Source of the DNA: Yuukianura sp. NJ FZ-2021
Lineage: Eukaryota
Direction of reading: 5' to 3'
NCBI GenBank assembly: GCA_046563655.1
Contig: CM102288.1
Location: 3,596,001-3,660,000, forward strand
Length of the DNA stretch: 64,000 bases
This document shows positions 61,390-64,000 of this stretch, piece after piece. The stretch's first letter is position 1, and each line of letters begins with the position of its first letter. The position numbers were made by a program, and so were the translations under genes. The notes beneath the pieces were generated by a model. The model did no database searches and was not told the origin of the DNA. It saw only the letters and a list, made by a program, of their open reading frames with translations.

Positions 61390-61769
61390 TTTTGTTGAGT
61401 TGAATTTCCAAAACCTGACTAGAAATATGACTTTTTTCAACGTGAACTGCAACTACTAGGCAAAATTTTTCGTATTCAGAATTTTTTGTAGAGTTGTCAC
61501 TCTAACATCTACCAACAATTTTTGTGACTTAACAGGATGCGACATCCTTAACACACCCAAATGAGGAAAACTAAAACCGAAATACAAAGTTCCGTGAACA
61601 ACAGCCGCAATTTAAATTGTGGTTTTGCTTTAATTTTTTTAAAGGAAAGTACTAGGTTGAACCACCTACAAAGTATACTGGAAATGAAACAAGGAACAAA
61701 GACTGTTGGACAAGTTGAGGTCAAAGGTCATATTTATTCATTCAATAGTTTATATAAATTATAACAATT

Positions 61770-62257
61770 TTAGTATGGGCAGCAGTAGACATGAACTCCC
61801 GGGTGTCCTCCGGGTTGTTGACAATGTCTCTGTTCCCGGACAAACATGCTGGCAGGGCACTTGTACAGATGAGCATTGGACTGACACTGTTGCCAGAAAC
61901 ACGGAGCATTCCGAGTGTCACGTCGAATATCTTCGGCAAAATCCGAACCTTTAACAAAATAAAATGATTTAAACAATTTTTAAAATAGAATTGAACAAAT
62001 TAAAGTAAATTTCAATTCAAATTTTCTAAAGTTACTTTTTTGATTTTGAACTTTAGAATTAACCACAGTTTTCAAATCAGTTTCAAAATGTAAAAAACCA
62101 TTAACCTGGAAATTAAGGTGACAAGTTTTTAAATCTTTTTTAATTGGAAAAAAATGTTCTCACCGTCATTTTCGGATCTTCCGTGGACAAAATCACCTTG
62201 CAGAATCAAAACGCAAAGCGACACGAACAACACGAAGCTTGAAAATTTTGGCGCCAT
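61770..62257 (-). CDS. Secreted cysteine-rich prepro-peptide, 90 aa (defensin/toxin-like architecture)
   Basis: Exons 62257-62164 and 61948-61770 (phase 1). Signal-like MAPKFSSFVLFVSLCVLILQGDFVHG, acidic pro-piece, RRDTR site, 46-aa mature region with six Cys. Confidence 0.75.
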
Positions 62258-62757
62258 TTTGATTTTATTTTGCCCGTGCCTATGTAAAACGTTATAACAA
62301 AAGTTCGCACGAGGATTGGAAGCCAAAATCGGTATCACTCTTCAAAATCCAATAAAAGTTAAATTTATATTTAAAATTTAACGCAATAATAACATTTTCA
62401 AAATTTTGAAGTGTTGCACACCGACACCATTGTTTAAACCACATCCTCGTCCGCTTCCTTTCTTTTCAAAATTTCAATTTCCGCCAACAAAACAAACATT
62501 TCAAAAGGAAAACGGAAAACTAAACCCCAATCCTCTAAAAAAACCAAAACGGAAAAAACTTTAATTTGCTATTTTTGTTAAATTAAAGTTTAGAATGAAC
62601 AACATGTACGAAAACATCAAAAAAGAGACTCTCTAAAACCCTTCGGTTTAACAAACTTTTTCAAACTCTCCGAGGCTAAAATGCTCCAAAACTAAAAAAA
62701 CGACTCTGTTAAAGATTATGACTGAACACGGAATGCAGAAATGTAGTTGATTGACAA

Positions 62758-64000
62758 TTAAGTTGATGATGATGGAATGTTAAAGTATCTCATGAGTGGT
62801 TGGAGTCCAGAGGACTCTATGGACAACTTAAGGGCTCTGTTATGTTCTGGACTTCCCGCCGGTTCTAGGATTAGACACTCCCGTCCTATCCTCATAATGT
62901 TCAGAATGTCTTCGAATTGTTTGCGTCCAGTAATCGCAAAATCGGACGCTGGATCGGACATGCGTCGTTTTGCTTCTACCAGAAACGTCATCAGGAGTCC
63001 TTCATGGAAAAAGTACAGGAGGTTACCTAAAAAAAGCTAAAAGTTAGTTTAAACAGTTAAGTTAAAGTTAGATCAGTTTAAATTTTTACCACGAATTCGG
63101 TTGTTGCCGGGTCGGAGGATATCGACCACGTCAATACAAGATCGACAGAGTGCAATTTGCTGGTGGGAGAGTCTGAGAGCTTCATCTTCATTGACAATTT
63201 CCAGTAGTTGGTTGATGACCATGATGAGAGCATACTGGATGTTCATGATGTAAAAGTGATTTTTATGTAAAATCTTGCCACGATACTTGGCCAGTACTTT
63301 CTGGAGGTTCTGATACTCCTGGAACAATGAATTCTCCACAGCAGCATTCTCTACGTCAGTCTGAACAGTTTTGAGGAGATCCATGACCTGAGAGGCCACA
63401 ATGATAAAGTCACACCGTGGAGCCAAGTTGCAGAGCCAGACGGAAGAGAGGTCCAGGCTAAGTGGATTTCCTGGAAGGAGTTGCCCAGTGGGGCACTTGG
63501 GACACTTAAGGGCAGAGTAGAACGTAGAATGCTCAAAGGGGTCCATGCAACGACGACAAGTACAGGCCAAGTAGTAGCTCTCCAGCAGTTCCGAACGACG
63601 CTGGAAGGTTCCTCGGGTTACTAAACAAAGTCAAACATAGTACTTTTCAAAAAAAAAGTTCAAAATTGGATTTTGAAATTTCAAAATTTGGAAAGTTACC
63701 ATCAACTAAGCAGTTACTGAGGACGTGACCTTTGGGAATGTGCGTGGACGCTACAACAGTAATCAGGAAATTTTCTGTTCCAATTCCTGTTTGAGAAATG
63801 ATACAACGCGTGTTGGGTTTACAGTCATGCGCAAGGAGTCCTGCTTTGTAGAACAACAGAGTCGATTTTCTAAAAATTCAGAAAAATCAAACATGAATTT
63901 TTGAAAATCAACTTTTTTGAAACTTTTGTCTTACGTTATTTCATTATTTTGAACTTCTGTGATAGGATAAGCAGATGGATTCCAAGTATTGAGACTATGG
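62758..64000 (-). CDS. SET-domain protein of the arthropod SmydA/msta type, 5'-partial
   Basis: Exons >64000-63935, 63869-63700, 63620-63090, 63026-62758. AHDCKPNT, post-SET CTCRRCMDP, SALKCPKC..G.L.P..P....W.C....C. Confidence 0.85.

Noticed and set aside
62758..64000. SET gene as the Su(var)3-9 partner of eIF2-gamma
   Set aside because: It has SMYD-type motifs, no chromodomain or pre-SET region in view, and lies upstream of eIF2-gamma rather than in its intron.

Overview
Eukaryotic, intron-containing, AT-rich DNA from an arthropod. An unfused eIF2-gamma gene, an arthropod-type SmydA gene and many 60-90 nt introns would fit a non-insect hexapod such as a springtail, but that is inference. 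No prokaryotic systems, CRISPR arrays, rRNA or tRNA were seen. I assembled gene models by hand from GT-AG sites with phase checks. In order: a 5'-truncated RNF207-like gene (+) with a very long low-complexity last exon; a small two-exon orphan membrane-protein gene (+); four tandem, divergent cytochrome b561 paralogs (-); SMARCAL1 (-); eIF2-gamma (-); POLR3F/RPC6 (-); a SAMD15-like gene (-) whose N-terminus is a tandem array of start-codon/YY1-like repeats; an acidic orphan gene (+); three tandem JHAMT-like methyltransferases plus a pseudogene fragment of a fourth (-); a divergent alpha-tubulin (-); a secreted prepro-peptide with six cysteines (-); and a 5'-truncated SmydA-type SET gene lacking the catalytic Tyr (-). 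Non-coding signals are two copies of a palindromic MITE-like element bracketing eIF2-gamma, at least nine exact DR1 13-mers (AGGTCAAAGGTCA) and an enriched AAGTGAAAGT motif. I cannot show that the window holds one novel system. The best candidates are the cysteine-rich peptide, the methyltransferase array and the b561 array.
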